A stretch of 64,000 nt of DNA from an uncultured Mycoplasmatota bacterium (GCA_949287595.1 CASEGV010000003.1:8490-72489); one strand, 5' to 3'; shown: positions 7,571 through 18,146, counted from the first letter of the stretch. Notes: generated by a model not told the origin, from the letters alone. Made by a program: numbers and translations.

Positions 7571-10108
7571 ATGAGAAAAAGAAAAGAAGAGTATATAGAA
7601 ATAGTTAGGGAAGCAATATCATACATAAAGAATGTAGAAAGTCTACAAGAATTAGAAAGACAACTTGGAGAAGAACTGACTGACGATAAATTATCGGAAA
7701 TTAGTAAAACATTAATTGCGATGAAAAGAAGTAACAGAGCACAAAACAGAAGTTATAAAAACAAGGGTCAAGATGAACTTGCTTTAGAAACTCAAATAGA
7801 ATTTAAAGAAATTAAAGCAATTGATGAAAAATTTAGATGGATGCGAAATCAACCAGCACCAGTAGAAGAAAGAAGAACTACAAATAATACACCAAGAGAA
7901 TCAAGATTAGAAGAAAGAAGAAAAAAGACAATTTCAGACATAGAGTTAATTAATTATTGGATATCAGACGAGGCAAAAGAAAAATTTCAATTATATAAAG
8001 AAACAGGATTTTATAATGAACGATTATCAATTCTAAAAGAACTGCAAAGTATCTATACGAAAGCACTACAAGAACAAAAATCATATAAAAAAGAAATGAC
8101 TGAAAATATTTATCGTATGGTAGCTGTAGATAGTAATATAAAACAAGGGCTTCCTACTTCAAAAAAACTAATATATGCCCAAATGAATAAAGAAGAATAC
8201 TCTTCCTTAAAAGAAAAGCTAGAAGATATGACATCAGAGCTTAGAAAATGTTATCAACTTTTAGAGTGCATAATACATCTAAAAGAGTTAGACAATGCGC
8301 AAATTAAACTATTAACAAATCCAGAATTAGCAAATGAAGAATTAATCGAAAATTATGATTTTATAGAACCAAAAAATGAAATTGAAAAAGACTTCCAAAG
8401 AATTTTAAGAAAATTAGTATTAGGTAAATACACATCAGAATATAGTAATATGCCAGTACGATTTATTCCAGAAGAGGTTAAAGAACTATTAAATCATATG
8501 CTAAATTTACCAGAGTATGAATTAGAAGAACTAACTATTTTAGCTATAGATGTAATAAAACAAAAAAGAAAAAATATGAATAAAGAAGAAAATCGTTGGG
8601 AAAAAGCATTTTTAAAAAATATAGAAAAAGAATTTACAAGAATAAAACCAGTATTTTATGAAATAGAAGATGAGGATACCAGTGTTTACTATGATATATT
8701 AAATAAATTAATGCAAGATGATAGAAATTACGAGTATATCAAAAAGTTACTTGAAATAGAAGAATTTACCAGAGCTAGAACAACTTATAAAGAAAAAGAA
8801 GACCACGGTAGCAACAAAGTAATCACTAGAAGAAAAGAACACATTGTTCTATTAGTATTAGATAACTTTATTAAAAATTATAAATTAAAACTTCAAAATC
8901 AAGGATTTGACTATATAGAACCAGCATATTATAAAGAAATAATAAAATTATTTATAAATAAAGAAGTAGAATTAACTAAAGAAGAGCAAGATAAATATTA
9001 TCTAAGAATAGAAGAATTTAAAGAGTATATCAAAGGTAAGGGCTATCAAAGTACAGAAAAAGTATTGACAGATATAGAAGAAATAGAAATATTTGATAAT
9101 AACTATGAAAAGACCAATATTCAAAATAATAGAGTTCAATACTTTGATAATGAACAAAGAGGAGAAATATATGAATATTTACTTAATGATGGTATAATTA
9201 GAAATCTTAGAAAAGGGTATCCTGAATTTAAAACAACTGATACAGTAAGAACATTTCAAATAGAAGGAATAGAGCCTTTTGCTTTTTCAATAGCCTATAA
9301 TCAAGATGGAAGCAAAAAGGTGGGAATTCATGTACTTGATACAACAACAATAATAAATGGTAATGAATATATTGCTAAAGAACTGGAAGATGGATATGAC
9401 TTATTGCCAACTTTAAATACTAAAAGAAAATATCCAACTATGATGTTTGAAACTACGATTCAAATGAATAATAATCTTGAAAGTTTAAAAATAAGCCCTG
9501 CTAATATAAAGATAGATGATTACTATAACGGTCAAGATTTAGACAAATATAGAGAAATACCTACACTAAAGGAATTTGTAAACTGGTTAGGTCTAATCAG
9601 AGATAAAATGAATTATGAAGAAAATATATATCAAGAAAGTAGTATGAAAAACATAATAGAAAGCTATTTATCAGAAACCATCTCATTAAAATTGGAAAGT
9701 GAGAAAATTCCTTTTATATATCAAAGTACTTTACCAAATATAGAAGAACTAATTTTAAAAAATCATAATGCTATTTGTCAAGATTTATATAAAATAGAAA
9801 GAAAAAAAGCACACCAGATATTTGATATAATGCATGAGCAAGAAAGTAAATATTACATTCCATCAAAAACATCAGATAGCAGAATAGAAATAAATCCATC
9901 TACTGAGGAAGGAATATATTTATTAAATACAATTCACAGAATAGGAATGAATAGATACAATCCAGAAGAAGCAGAAACCGAAGTAAAAGAATTGTTAGAA
10001 AAATTGAATGAACAACATGAATATGTTCCAAGTAGTCTAGAAAAAAGCAATGAAAAGGGTATCAAAAAAATACTAAAAGCATATCAAAAAAAGGTAGGAC
10101 ATGCATAG
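7571..10108 (+). CDS. Large K/E-rich orphan protein; the C-terminal third resembles an RNB (RNase II/R) domain with its catalytic acidic cluster replaced
   Basis: Long uninterrupted ORF 10-16 nt downstream of the HAD gene. ATG 7571 is preferred over the GTG at 7565. See findings for the motifs. Confidence 0.6.
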   Translation: MRKRKEEYIEIVREAISYIKNVESLQELERQLGEELTDDKLSEISKTLIAMKRSNRAQNRSYKNKGQDELALETQIEFKEIKAIDEKFRWMRNQPAPVEERRTTNNTPRESRLEERRKKTISDIELINYWISDEAKEKFQLYKETGFYNERLSILKELQSIYTKALQEQKSYKKEMTENIYRMVAVDSNIKQGLPTSKKLIYAQMNKEEYSSLKEKLEDMTSELRKCYQLLECIIHLKELDNAQIKLLTNPELANEELIENYDFIEPKNEIEKDFQRILRKLVLGKYTSEYSNMPVRFIPEEVKELLNHMLNLPEYELEELTILAIDVIKQKRKNMNKEENRWEKAFLKNIEKEFTRIKPVFYEIEDEDTSVYYDILNKLMQDDRNYEYIKKLLEIEEFTRARTTYKEKEDHGSNKVITRRKEHIVLLVLDNFIKNYKLKLQNQGFDYIEPAYYKEIIKLFINKEVELTKEEQDKYYLRIEEFKEYIKGKGYQSTEKVLTDIEEIEIFDNNYEKTNIQNNRVQYFDNEQRGEIYEYLLNDGIIRNLRKGYPEFKTTDTVRTFQIEGIEPFAFSIAYNQDGSKKVGIHVLDTTTIINGNEYIAKELEDGYDLLPTLNTKRKYPTMMFETTIQMNNNLESLKISPANIKIDDYYNGQDLDKYREIPTLKEFVNWLGLIRDKMNYEENIYQESSMKNIIESYLSETISLKLESEKIPFIYQSTLPNIEELILKNHNAICQDLYKIERKKAHQIFDIMHEQESKYYIPSKTSDSRIEINPSTEEGIYLLNTIHRIGMNRYNPEEAETEVKELLEKLNEQHEYVPSSLEKSNEKGIKKILKAYQKKVGHA

Positions 10109-10110
10109 CC

Positions 10111-10968
10111 CTATCTTTTGTTTGTCTTAGAATATGTCTTTGTAAACATTGGTTGAATATTATCTGTAGATAAGTCATAAGCTGTAACACATAAATCATT
10201 ATCACAAGCAGATATAATAGCAAATCCAGGATTATCTATCCATGAAGCTGGACGCCTATTCACAAGATTACTACATGTTCCAATATAAATTCTTTTGTTT
10301 CCTTGATAAAAATAATGGTAATGGGCATAAAGACCAATATCATAATAAAGTTCAGGAGGAAGAAGACGGTCTTCAATACCAGGATGATTTAAGGAAATAA
10401 TAAATCCGTTCATTTTAACATAGCATCGACCAATACCTAAAGAGAAAAAATCATTTCTTTTAACAGCAAGCATGTTCCATAAGTCCATACCAACTTGTTC
10501 AAATTTCTGTTCATGATTACCATGTAACATAAAATTCTGAAATCCCCTGGGATAATTATCTTCACACGCAACAAACTGTTGATAACATTGAGTAATACTT
10601 CGGTTAGGACTATTTTTACAATTATAAGAAGGACCATGAAATAAATCTCCAAGTAGAACAACCGTATAAATATCATTATCAAAGAAAAAGTCATACATCC
10701 TATTAATTTTATCCCAACTCATAAAAGGACTACCAATATGAGCATCAGCCATAATCCCTATCTTAGAATCTGTAAATTCTAAAATACATTGTTTAGCACA
10801 TAGTAATTTATATAATTTTTTTTTTCGCATCCTAGAAACATCAGAATGAACTCCATAACCAATAATACCTAGTAACTCTCCATAAGTTAAATCATAATAA
10901 TTCATAAAATCATAAAAATTAGTAGAACTTATTCTTTGCACAATTTTATTATACTCTTCTTCACCCAT
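10111..10968 (-). CDS. Calcineurin-like metallophosphoesterase
   Basis: Motifs MADAHIG (DxH), LLGDLFHG (GD), LHGNHE (GNHE) and YAHYH (GHxH-like). The listed start at 10992 overlaps a TGnTACAAT extended -10, so Met9 at 10968 is preferred. Confidence 0.6.
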   Translation of the reverse strand: MGEEEYNKIVQRISSTNFYDFMNYYDLTYGELLGIIGYGVHSDVSRMRKKKLYKLLCAKQCILEFTDSKIGIMADAHIGSPFMSWDKINRMYDFFFDNDIYTVVLLGDLFHGPSYNCKNSPNRSITQCYQQFVACEDNYPRGFQNFMLHGNHEQKFEQVGMDLWNMLAVKRNDFFSLGIGRCYVKMNGFIISLNHPGIEDRLLPPELYYDIGLYAHYHYFYQGNKRIYIGTCSNLVNRRPASWIDNPGFAIISACDNDLCVTAYDLSTDNIQPMFTKTYSKTNKR

Positions 10969-11071
10969 ACAATCACCAAACCTTTTAACCATTGTAACAC
11001 CATATCAAGCAAAATATGTCGAAATATTGCTAAAAAGTGAAAAAGAACATAGTAAGGACTATCACATGATA

Positions 11072-11107
11072 TCAAAAAAAGACTCCTAACTCATAAATAG
11101 AAGTCTT
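11072..11107 (-). terminator. Probable intrinsic terminator of the 113-aa gene (minus strand)
   Basis: An AAGACT/AGTCTT stem, followed on the minus strand by TTTTTTTGAT. Confidence 0.55.
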
Positions 11108-11447
11108 ATTTAGTTAATTTTTTAACTGGTATTTCGTAATTTTTATCAAAATCTAAAAAATCATTGATTCCATTGTTTAAAAAACAAGTATCCATTTGAA
11201 AATCTTTAGCAATTACTAATTTCTCTGGATCACAAGAAACATATAAAGCATGAATTCCTTGTTTCTGATAATTCATAGATTGATTAGCAAAATACATCTC
11301 TATACTCTCATCATTAGGAATAAAAGATAACTCTACTGCTTTTGCTTTCATTGGTAAAAGAGAAGAAAGTATATTAATATCAAGATCATTGTCAATTAGT
11401 AATACTTGATAATTAGCACTAGTTGAATCTTTTTCAGTTGACTTCAC
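11106..11447 (-). CDS. Small hypothetical protein (possibly a HAD-like remnant)
   Basis: GTG start with AGGAGG 7 nt upstream. The motif ALYVSCDPEKLVIAKDFQMDTCFLNNG loosely resembles a HAD motif III/IV region. Confidence 0.55.
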   Translation of the reverse strand: MKSTEKDSTSANYQVLLIDNDLDINILSSLLPMKAKAVELSFIPNDESIEMYFANQSMNYQKQGIHALYVSCDPEKLVIAKDFQMDTCFLNNGINDFLDFDKNYEIPVKKLTK

Positions 11448-11667
11448 AGATATTCCTCCTTTTCCGTGTTCTTTAAGTATAGTAAAAAAGTAATAAAATG
11501 TAAAGATATAATGATAGCGCTATTAGATAAATAGTAAAATTATAAAATGTGTAAAGCAGTTTATAGCAATTTTAATCACTATGGTGTATGATAGTAAATA
11601 ACAAAAGACAAATTGAAAGGCATCAATGGAGGAATAATTTTCCTATAGATTGGTGAAGAAATTAAAT

Positions 11668-12507
11668 ATGGAAATAAGAGATTTAAGAAAACAAACAATA
11701 TCAGGATTATCATTAATTATTTTAAATGATAAAAATAGCACAATAATGAGAAATTGTGCAGAAATAGAGCTAAAAAGAAGAATAAAGAATTTGGGATGGA
11801 AATTTGATGATTTATTACATATGGATGATAAAACTATTGCAACAAGAGGTTTAGATATAAATAGTTATTTAATAGGTCCAGATCCTACAATACAACAATT
11901 AATGGAAATCTATTTTAATTATTATTATGAGAAAAAATCTAGCGAGAGCCAGTTACTTTTTAGTGAAAGACATATATGTACAGATTTAACCTTCCTTTCT
12001 CCTTTTTTTAATAATATTAGAAACATAGAGATTACGAATTTAAGTAAAAGAATAAAAAAGTGTGATAATGAAAAAGAAAAAGAGTATTTAAGAACTTTTA
12101 AATTTGCGTTAGAACAAAAGAAAAATGAGATGAATAAAGTAAAGGAAAAATATTATCAGGGAATAGAATTGTTAGAATTTAATGAGGCACTACAATGTTT
12201 AGGACAAGAGGATCTACTAGAATTTGGTAAAAATCTAACAGAAGAAGAAATATATAAAATAGGTTTATCACCATTAAGAATGTTAAAATATGATATTATG
12301 TTATCACTAAACGACAGTGTGTTTGATGCAGATGCTATAGATACTTTGTATGGACTTAAAAAAATAATTGAGGATAGTAGAAGGCTAAGTACTCAGAAGC
12401 AAAAATTACATAATGAAGCACTAACTAAAATAGTAGATTATAGAAGTGAACCTATGAGAAAAGCGTATCAAAAAGTAAGAAGGTCAGTTTACGGTATGAA
12501 TGAGTAG
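11668..12507 (+). CDS. Hypothetical protein
   Basis: Long ORF with no recognisable motif. The start is uncertain: TTG 11650 as listed, or ATG 11668. Confidence 0.45.
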   Translation: MEIRDLRKQTISGLSLIILNDKNSTIMRNCAEIELKRRIKNLGWKFDDLLHMDDKTIATRGLDINSYLIGPDPTIQQLMEIYFNYYYEKKSSESQLLFSERHICTDLTFLSPFFNNIRNIEITNLSKRIKKCDNEKEKEYLRTFKFALEQKKNEMNKVKEKYYQGIELLEFNEALQCLGQEDLLEFGKNLTEEEIYKIGLSPLRMLKYDIMLSLNDSVFDADAIDTLYGLKKIIEDSRRLSTQKQKLHNEALTKIVDYRSEPMRKAYQKVRRSVYGMNE

Positions 12508-12526
12508 AAACTGAAAGGATATAGAA

Positions 12527-12982
12527 ATGGCATACATAATGAATTTAAGAAAACAGGTAGGACATGAACCATTAATAGGTCTTGGAGCAACAACACTAGT
12601 ATTTAATGAGAAAAATGAAATTTTATTGAATCTAAGAACGGACACAAATAACTGGGGAATTCCTGGCGGATCTATGGAGCTTTATGAAACTATCGAAGAA
12701 ACAGCAATAAGAGAGTTGAAAGAAGAAGCTGGTATTAGTGCAGAAGAATTAGAATTAGTTACAGTATTATCCGGCAAAGATTATTATTTTGAATATCCAA
12801 ATGGTGATAAATTGTGTACAGTAATTGTTTTATTCAAAGTAAAAAATTATTCTGGAACCGTGAAAGTATCAGATAAGGAAAGTAAAGAATTAAAATTTTT
12901 TGCCTTAGATAAATTACCTAATATGGAAAAAAGAGCACAAGCAATTATAGATAAAATTTTAAATGGTAGTATTAAAATATAA
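12527..12982 (+). CDS. NUDIX hydrolase
   Basis: Nudix box GGSMELYETIEETAIRELKEEAGI (GX5EX7REUXEEXGU). Confidence 0.85.
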   Translation: MAYIMNLRKQVGHEPLIGLGATTLVFNEKNEILLNLRTDTNNWGIPGGSMELYETIEETAIRELKEEAGISAEELELVTVLSGKDYYFEYPNGDKLCTVIVLFKVKNYSGTVKVSDKESKELKFFALDKLPNMEKRAQAIIDKILNGSIKI

Positions 12983-13026
12983 AAGCATTGATTAATAAAA
13001 GTACAAGAATAATGCTTTTTCTTTTG
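12981..13026 (+). terminator. Probable intrinsic terminator
   Basis: AAAAGCATT and AATGCTTTT form the stem around a 21-nt loop, followed by a T-rich tail. Confidence 0.55.
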
Positions 13027-13090
13027 CAAAAACATTAGGTAGATGCTAATATAAGAGGCAAAGAGCAGTATCTAAAGGAGATAAAAGACA

Positions 13091-14509
13091 ATGAAAGTGA
13101 ATAAACTAGCTCAAATATTTATGTTTTTTGCAATATTTATTTGTTCTCTATTAGCCATAATTTTTTTAGTCACAAATCATATAATGTTGTTTTTGATAGC
13201 ATTTGGACTTTGTACCTATATTTCTCTAAATAAAAAAATAAAACATTTTCCAATAATATTATTTATAACGAGTATAGTAATAAGATTAATCGTCGTACTA
13301 TTATTAAATTTTCCACAAGTAACAGACTTTTCCATTTTATTAGAAGCAGCTAAATCTTTTGCGAAAGGTAATTTTGACTTTCAAAATACTTCTTATTTTA
13401 CAACCTGGGCCTATCAAACAGGTTTTGTAATCTATGAAGGCTTAGTATTAAAGTTATTTAATAATGTATTGATACTAAAATTACTAAATATAATATATTC
13501 ATCAACCTTAGTAGTATTAATATATCAAATTGGAAAAAAGATTTGCACAGAAAAAAGTGCAAGAATGTCTTCTTTATTATATATGATTTTTCCCTTTTCT
13601 ATTTATATGAATACTATTTTAGCAAATCATCATATCGCAACATTTTTAACATACATAGGTATATTTTTATTGTTAAAGGAAAATAAAAAATTAAAACATT
13701 ATATACTAGCAGCCATACTAATTAGTTTTGGAAACATTATGAGACCAGAAGGAATCATTATAGTTTTTGCCTTTATTCTATATGAAATTTTTAAATTACA
13801 AAAAGGTAAAATAAAACAAATTATAAAATATACTTCTGTATTTGTAGTGGTATATTTAGTAATAGGAGTGAGCGCATCACTAATAATTACACAAACTGGA
13901 ATTAATAAACAAGGATTAAAAAATAATAACCCTGAGTGGAAATTTGTATTAGGATTGAATCATGATAGTTGTGGATATTATAATGAAGAAGATATCATGT
14001 ATTTATCAGATAGAAAAAAAGAAAGAGAAGTAATAAAAGAAAGAATCATGGTAAATCCAATAAAAATGACACAATTAATGACTTGCAAAATAGATAATTT
14101 CTGGTTACAAAGTGATATTTCTGTAAAACACAATATGTATATTACTAAAAAAATAAATATCTTAGGAATGAAAATAAATTTTATGGATATAGAAAAAATA
14201 TTTATTACTTTTAACAAATTATTATATTTGCTAACACTATTTGCTTGTTTAATAGGTGTTATCTATAACCGTAATAAAATCATAAAAAGTAGTGCTTTCT
14301 TCTTTGTAATTTTAATGATGGTAACATTTGGAGTATATTTATTAATAGAAATACAACCTAGATATGCATATTTCATTCAAGTATCTATATTTATATTATC
14401 AACATATGGATATGATATGTTATTAAATAAAGTAAAAGCCATATACAAGAATATGAAAAAGAAATATAAAAGGTCAAAAAAGTTTATTTGGATAAAATAT
14501 AAAGTATAA
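13091..14509 (+). CDS. GT-C fold membrane glycosyltransferase (family 39 / PMT_2-like)
   Basis: About 11 TM helices. The first loop carries an acidic residue followed by AAKSFAKGNF. Overall layout is typical of ArnT/PMT-like enzymes. Confidence 0.5.
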   Translation: MKVNKLAQIFMFFAIFICSLLAIIFLVTNHIMLFLIAFGLCTYISLNKKIKHFPIILFITSIVIRLIVVLLLNFPQVTDFSILLEAAKSFAKGNFDFQNTSYFTTWAYQTGFVIYEGLVLKLFNNVLILKLLNIIYSSTLVVLIYQIGKKICTEKSARMSSLLYMIFPFSIYMNTILANHHIATFLTYIGIFLLLKENKKLKHYILAAILISFGNIMRPEGIIIVFAFILYEIFKLQKGKIKQIIKYTSVFVVVYLVIGVSASLIITQTGINKQGLKNNNPEWKFVLGLNHDSCGYYNEEDIMYLSDRKKEREVIKERIMVNPIKMTQLMTCKIDNFWLQSDISVKHNMYITKKINILGMKINFMDIEKIFITFNKLLYLLTLFACLIGVIYNRNKIIKSSAFFFVILMMVTFGVYLLIEIQPRYAYFIQVSIFILSTYGYDMLLNKVKAIYKNMKKKYKRSKKFIWIKYKV

Positions 14510-14621
14510 AAAAATAATATTTTTTCTAAAACTAAAGATAGAAATGTGATAAAATAGTCAAAAATGTGGAAAGTATTGATATAGGTATAAATGAGTGTAA
14601 TAATAAGAAGGGAGGAAAAAT

Positions 14622-16574
14622 ATGTTTAAACTAGTATCAAAATTTAAACCATCTGGAGATCAACCGGAGGCAATTAAAGAATTAGTAGAAGGAATTAAAA
14701 AAGGCAAGAAAGAGCAAGTACTGTTAGGAGCAACAGGAACTGGAAAGACATTTACAATTGCAAATGTTATTAAAGAAGTAAATAAACCTACTCTAGTACT
14801 AGCTCACAATAAAACATTAGCAGGGCAACTTTACTCAGAATTAAAAGAATTATTTCCAGAAAACAGAGTGGAATACTTTGTCAGCTATTACGATTATTAT
14901 CAACCAGAAGCGTACGTACCATCAACTGATACTTATATTGAAAAAGATTCATCAATTAATGATGAAATTGATGAACTTCGTCATGCTGCAACGAGTAGTT
15001 TATTATCCCGTGATGATGTAATTGTGGTTGCTAGTGTCTCTTGTATTTATGGTATTGGAGAAGTAGAAGAGTATAGAAATAAAATGCTAACGCTATCAGT
15101 TGGAGAAGAAGTAGAAAGAAATGAAATATTAACGAAATTAGTAGAAATGATGTATGAGAGAAATGACCTTGATTTTAAACGTGGTACTTTCAGAGTACGT
15201 GGCGATGTAGTAGAAATTATACCTGCTTATCAGAATACTACTGGATATCGAGTAGAATTCTTTGGAAATGAAATTGATAGAATTAGCGAAATTGATACAT
15301 TAACAGGAGCAATTATTTCGAATAAAAAGAATTTAAGTCTCTTTCCAGCAAGTCACTTCGTAGTTAGCGACGAAAAATTAAAAGCTGCCATTGTTCGTAT
15401 TAAAGAAGAGTTAAAAGAAAGACTACAAGAATTAAAAGAAAATAACAAACTTTTAGCAGCAGAGCGTCTAGAACAAAGAACAAATTATGATATTGAAATG
15501 CTAGAGGAAACAGGCTTTTGCTCTGGAATTGAAAACTATTCTGCACCAATGGCTGGAAGAAAAAAAGGAGAAACACCAACAACATTGATGGACTTCTTTC
15601 CAAAAGACTATTTGCTAGTAGTAGATGAATCCCATGTTACCTTACCACAGGTAAGAGGAATGTATAATGGAGATAGAGCTAGAAAGATGAATCTTGTAGA
15701 ATATGGATTCCGTCTTCCAAGTGCTCTAGATAATAGACCATTAAAATATGATGAATTTGAAAAAAAGATAAATCAAGCAATCTATGTATCCGCAACACCA
15801 GGAGACCTAGAATTAGAACATACTGGTGGAAAATATGTAGAGCAAATCATTCGTCCAACAGGACTACTAGATCCAACGATTGAAGTTAGAAAAACAGAAG
15901 GACAAATTGATGACTTAGTAGGTGAAATTAAAGATAGAATAGAAAAGAATGAAAGAGTATTAGTAACAACGCTAACAATTCGTATGTCAGAAGAGCTAAC
16001 AAACTATTTAAAAGAGTTAGATATCAAAGTAGCCTATCTTCACTCAGAAATAAAAACGCTAGAACGACTTCAAATTATTCACGACTTACGTGTTGGAAAA
16101 TATGATGTGGTAGTTGGAATTAACTTATTACGTGAAGGAATTGATATTCCAGAAGTCTCACTTATCGCTATACTAGATGCAGATAAAGAAGGATTCCTAC
16201 GTAGTACGAGAAGTTTGATTCAAACAGTAGGACGTTGTGCCAGAAATGCGAATGGTCATGTTATTATGTATGGAGATAAAATTACTGACTCTATGAAAGA
16301 AACGATAGAAGAGACGGCAAGACGTAGAAAGATTCAAGAAGAATATAATAAAAAGCATGGAATTACACCACAGACTATCAAGAAAGAAATTAGAGAAGTT
16401 ATCAGTAATGTTGATGAAAAAGCAGCAGAAAAACCAAAGAAGATGACCAAGAAAGAATTTGCCAAAACAGTAGATGCAATCGAACAAGAGATGAGAGAAG
16501 CAGCCAAAGCATTAGACTTCGAACGTGCTATGGAATTGCGTGATATCTTATTTGAAATGAAAGCAGGAAATTAA
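14622..16574 (+). CDS. uvrB: Excinuclease ABC subunit B
   Basis: Motifs [25 protein letters not shown] and the C-terminal UVR motif [10 protein letters not shown]. Confidence 0.97.
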   Translation: MFKLVSKFKPSGDQPEAIKELVEGIKKGKKEQVLLGATGTGKTFTIANVIKEVNKPTLVLAHNKTLAGQLYSELKELFPENRVEYFVSYYDYYQPEAYVPSTDTYIEKDSSINDEIDELRHAATSSLLSRDDVIVVASVSCIYGIGEVEEYRNKMLTLSVGEEVERNEILTKLVEMMYERNDLDFKRGTFRVRGDVVEIIPAYQNTTGYRVEFFGNEIDRISEIDTLTGAIISNKKNLSLFPASHFVVSDEKLKAAIVRIKEELKERLQELKENNKLLAAERLEQRTNYDIEMLEETGFCSGIENYSAPMAGRKKGETPTTLMDFFPKDYLLVVDESHVTLPQVRGMYNGDRARKMNLVEYGFRLPSALDNRPLKYDEFEKKINQAIYVSATPGDLELEHTGGKYVEQIIRPTGLLDPTIEVRKTEGQIDDLVGEIKDRIEKNERVLVTTLTIRMSEELTNYLKELDIKVAYLHSEIKTLERLQIIHDLRVGKYDVVVGINLLREGIDIPEVSLIAILDADKEGFLRSTRSLIQTVGRCARNANGHVIMYGDKITDSMKETIEETARRRKIQEEYNKKHGITPQTIKKEIREVISNVDEKAAEKPKKMTKKEFAKTVDAIEQEMREAAKALDFERAMELRDILFEMKAGN

Positions 16575-16575
16575 C

Positions 16576-17295
16576 ATGGAAAATAAAATATTATTAAGAG
16601 AATTAGAAAATAAAGAGAAAGTACATGAAATATTTGAACATCAAATATCAAAAGATTTAAATGAACTAGCTAAAGTAATAAAAAAAGAGCATCCAAACGA
16701 TTTATTAGTAGTTTTTAATACTGAAGAATACTGGGAAAAAGCAGAAAAGATAATTTCCAAAGAAACAGAAGAGTATCGTTATGGAAAAACAAGGAACTAT
16801 GCTTTAGTACAACAAACGGCAATGAGAATTGTAGATCAGTATATTGCTTTAAAAATATTAGAAAACTTGTCTACGAAAAATACACCGTTAACTTTGTTCT
16901 TTAATGAAGATAGACTAAATATCTTTAAAACAGGAGATTATGTTCGATACGAAATGTTTAAAGATAAGATGCCAAATAGCGACGATATAAAAGAAATATT
17001 AACACTAGATGAAAATGCTCCTACTAGAATTCATTTTATAGTAAACGGAATAAAAAGTAACAGGTTATGTGATGCTCTTTGTACCTATCTAGATAACTCT
17101 ACCACTTTCGCAACTAGAATATACTTATCACCAAATGGCATGTATACTGCAACCGTAAAACAAAATGGTAAACCCGTATTTCTCTGGGAAGCATATGATT
17201 ATATGATTTTTGATGGAGGCGAGGAAGGATATAAACCTGAACCATATCGTCCCAAAACTAAAAAAGTAGGTCAAAAGAAAAGTGGAAAAGTATAA
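16576..17295 (+). CDS. Hypothetical protein translationally coupled to uvrB
   Basis: The ATG is 1 nt after the uvrB stop, and the 3' end overlaps the next gene by 14 nt. No recognisable motif. Confidence 0.6.
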   Translation: MENKILLRELENKEKVHEIFEHQISKDLNELAKVIKKEHPNDLLVVFNTEEYWEKAEKIISKETEEYRYGKTRNYALVQQTAMRIVDQYIALKILENLSTKNTPLTLFFNEDRLNIFKTGDYVRYEMFKDKMPNSDDIKEILTLDENAPTRIHFIVNGIKSNRLCDALCTYLDNSTTFATRIYLSPNGMYTATVKQNGKPVFLWEAYDYMIFDGGEEGYKPEPYRPKTKKVGQKKSGKV

Positions 17296-18115
17296 AAAAG
17301 TCTATATTGAAATTACGAATTATTGCAATCTAAATTGTTCTTTCTGTTCACCTGTTACAAAAGAAAAGCGCTTCATGACAGAAGAGGAATTTGAACATAT
17401 TTTAAAAGAAGTATCCAAAGTGACAAAAGTTATCTATCTTCATGTGAAGGGAGAACCATTACTGCATCCTAAAATAATAAAGTTTCTAGAGTTAGCAGAA
17501 AAGTACAACTTAAACGTAAATCTCACAACCAATGGAACATTATTTCCAAAGTTAGTAGACAAATTAAAAGACTGTAAAGCTCTACATAAAATAAATTTTT
17601 CTCTTCATTGTGAACAAAATAATCGGGCCTATGAAGAAGAAATCTTCCAAAACGTAGAAAAGCTATCCCCAGATACTGTGATTATTTATCGCTTATGGAC
17701 CTTAAAAGATAACAAATTAGATAAAAAATCCACAAAAGTAGTGGAAAAATTAAAAGATTATTATCATTTATCCACAGAAACAGTGGAAAAACTACAAAAT
17801 GAAAATAATGTAAAAATATCATCCACAATATATGTGGATAAAGATAACGAGTTTATCTGTCCAGAAATTACAAATCACAAAAGTTGTGGATATTGTCATG
17901 CGCTAAAAACACAAATTGCTATTTTAGTAGATGGAACAGTAGTACCATGTTGTCTAGATAGCAATGGAATCATAGACTTAGGAAATATTTATCAAGAATC
18001 TTTGGAAGAAATACAAAATAAAGAAAGGTATCAAAAACTAAAAAAGTCCTTTCAAGATAGAAAACCATCAGAAGAACTATGCAGATCTTGTACATTTAAA
18101 GAAAAAAATAACTAA
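17282..18115 (+). CDS. Radical SAM enzyme with a C-terminal SPASM/twitch-like Cys cluster
   Basis: N-terminal CNLNCSFC (CxxxCxxC). C-terminal CGYC...PCC...CRSC. GTG start. Confidence 0.8.
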   Translation: MEKYKKVYIEITNYCNLNCSFCSPVTKEKRFMTEEEFEHILKEVSKVTKVIYLHVKGEPLLHPKIIKFLELAEKYNLNVNLTTNGTLFPKLVDKLKDCKALHKINFSLHCEQNNRAYEEEIFQNVEKLSPDTVIIYRLWTLKDNKLDKKSTKVVEKLKDYYHLSTETVEKLQNENNVKISSTIYVDKDNEFICPEITNHKSCGYCHALKTQIAILVDGTVVPCCLDSNGIIDLGNIYQESLEEIQNKERYQKLKKSFQDRKPSEELCRSCTFKEKNN

Positions 18116-18146
18116 AGAATGATAAACATAGAAAATCATTCTTTTT
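18116..18146 (+). terminator. Intrinsic terminator
   Basis: AAGAATGAT-(11 nt)-ATCATTCTT followed by a T run. Confidence 0.85.

Noticed and set aside
11540-11554. TTATAAAATGTGTAA is shared between the region upstream of the 285-aa ORF and that upstream of the AAA ATPase gene (32121-32135)
   Set aside because: The chance argument is the same as for the 15-mer above. The sequence is essentially a -10-like TATAAAAT plus a few bases.
14510-14621. Looked for a LexA box upstream of uvrB
   Set aside because: The 110-nt region contains no GAAC or GTTC half-site.
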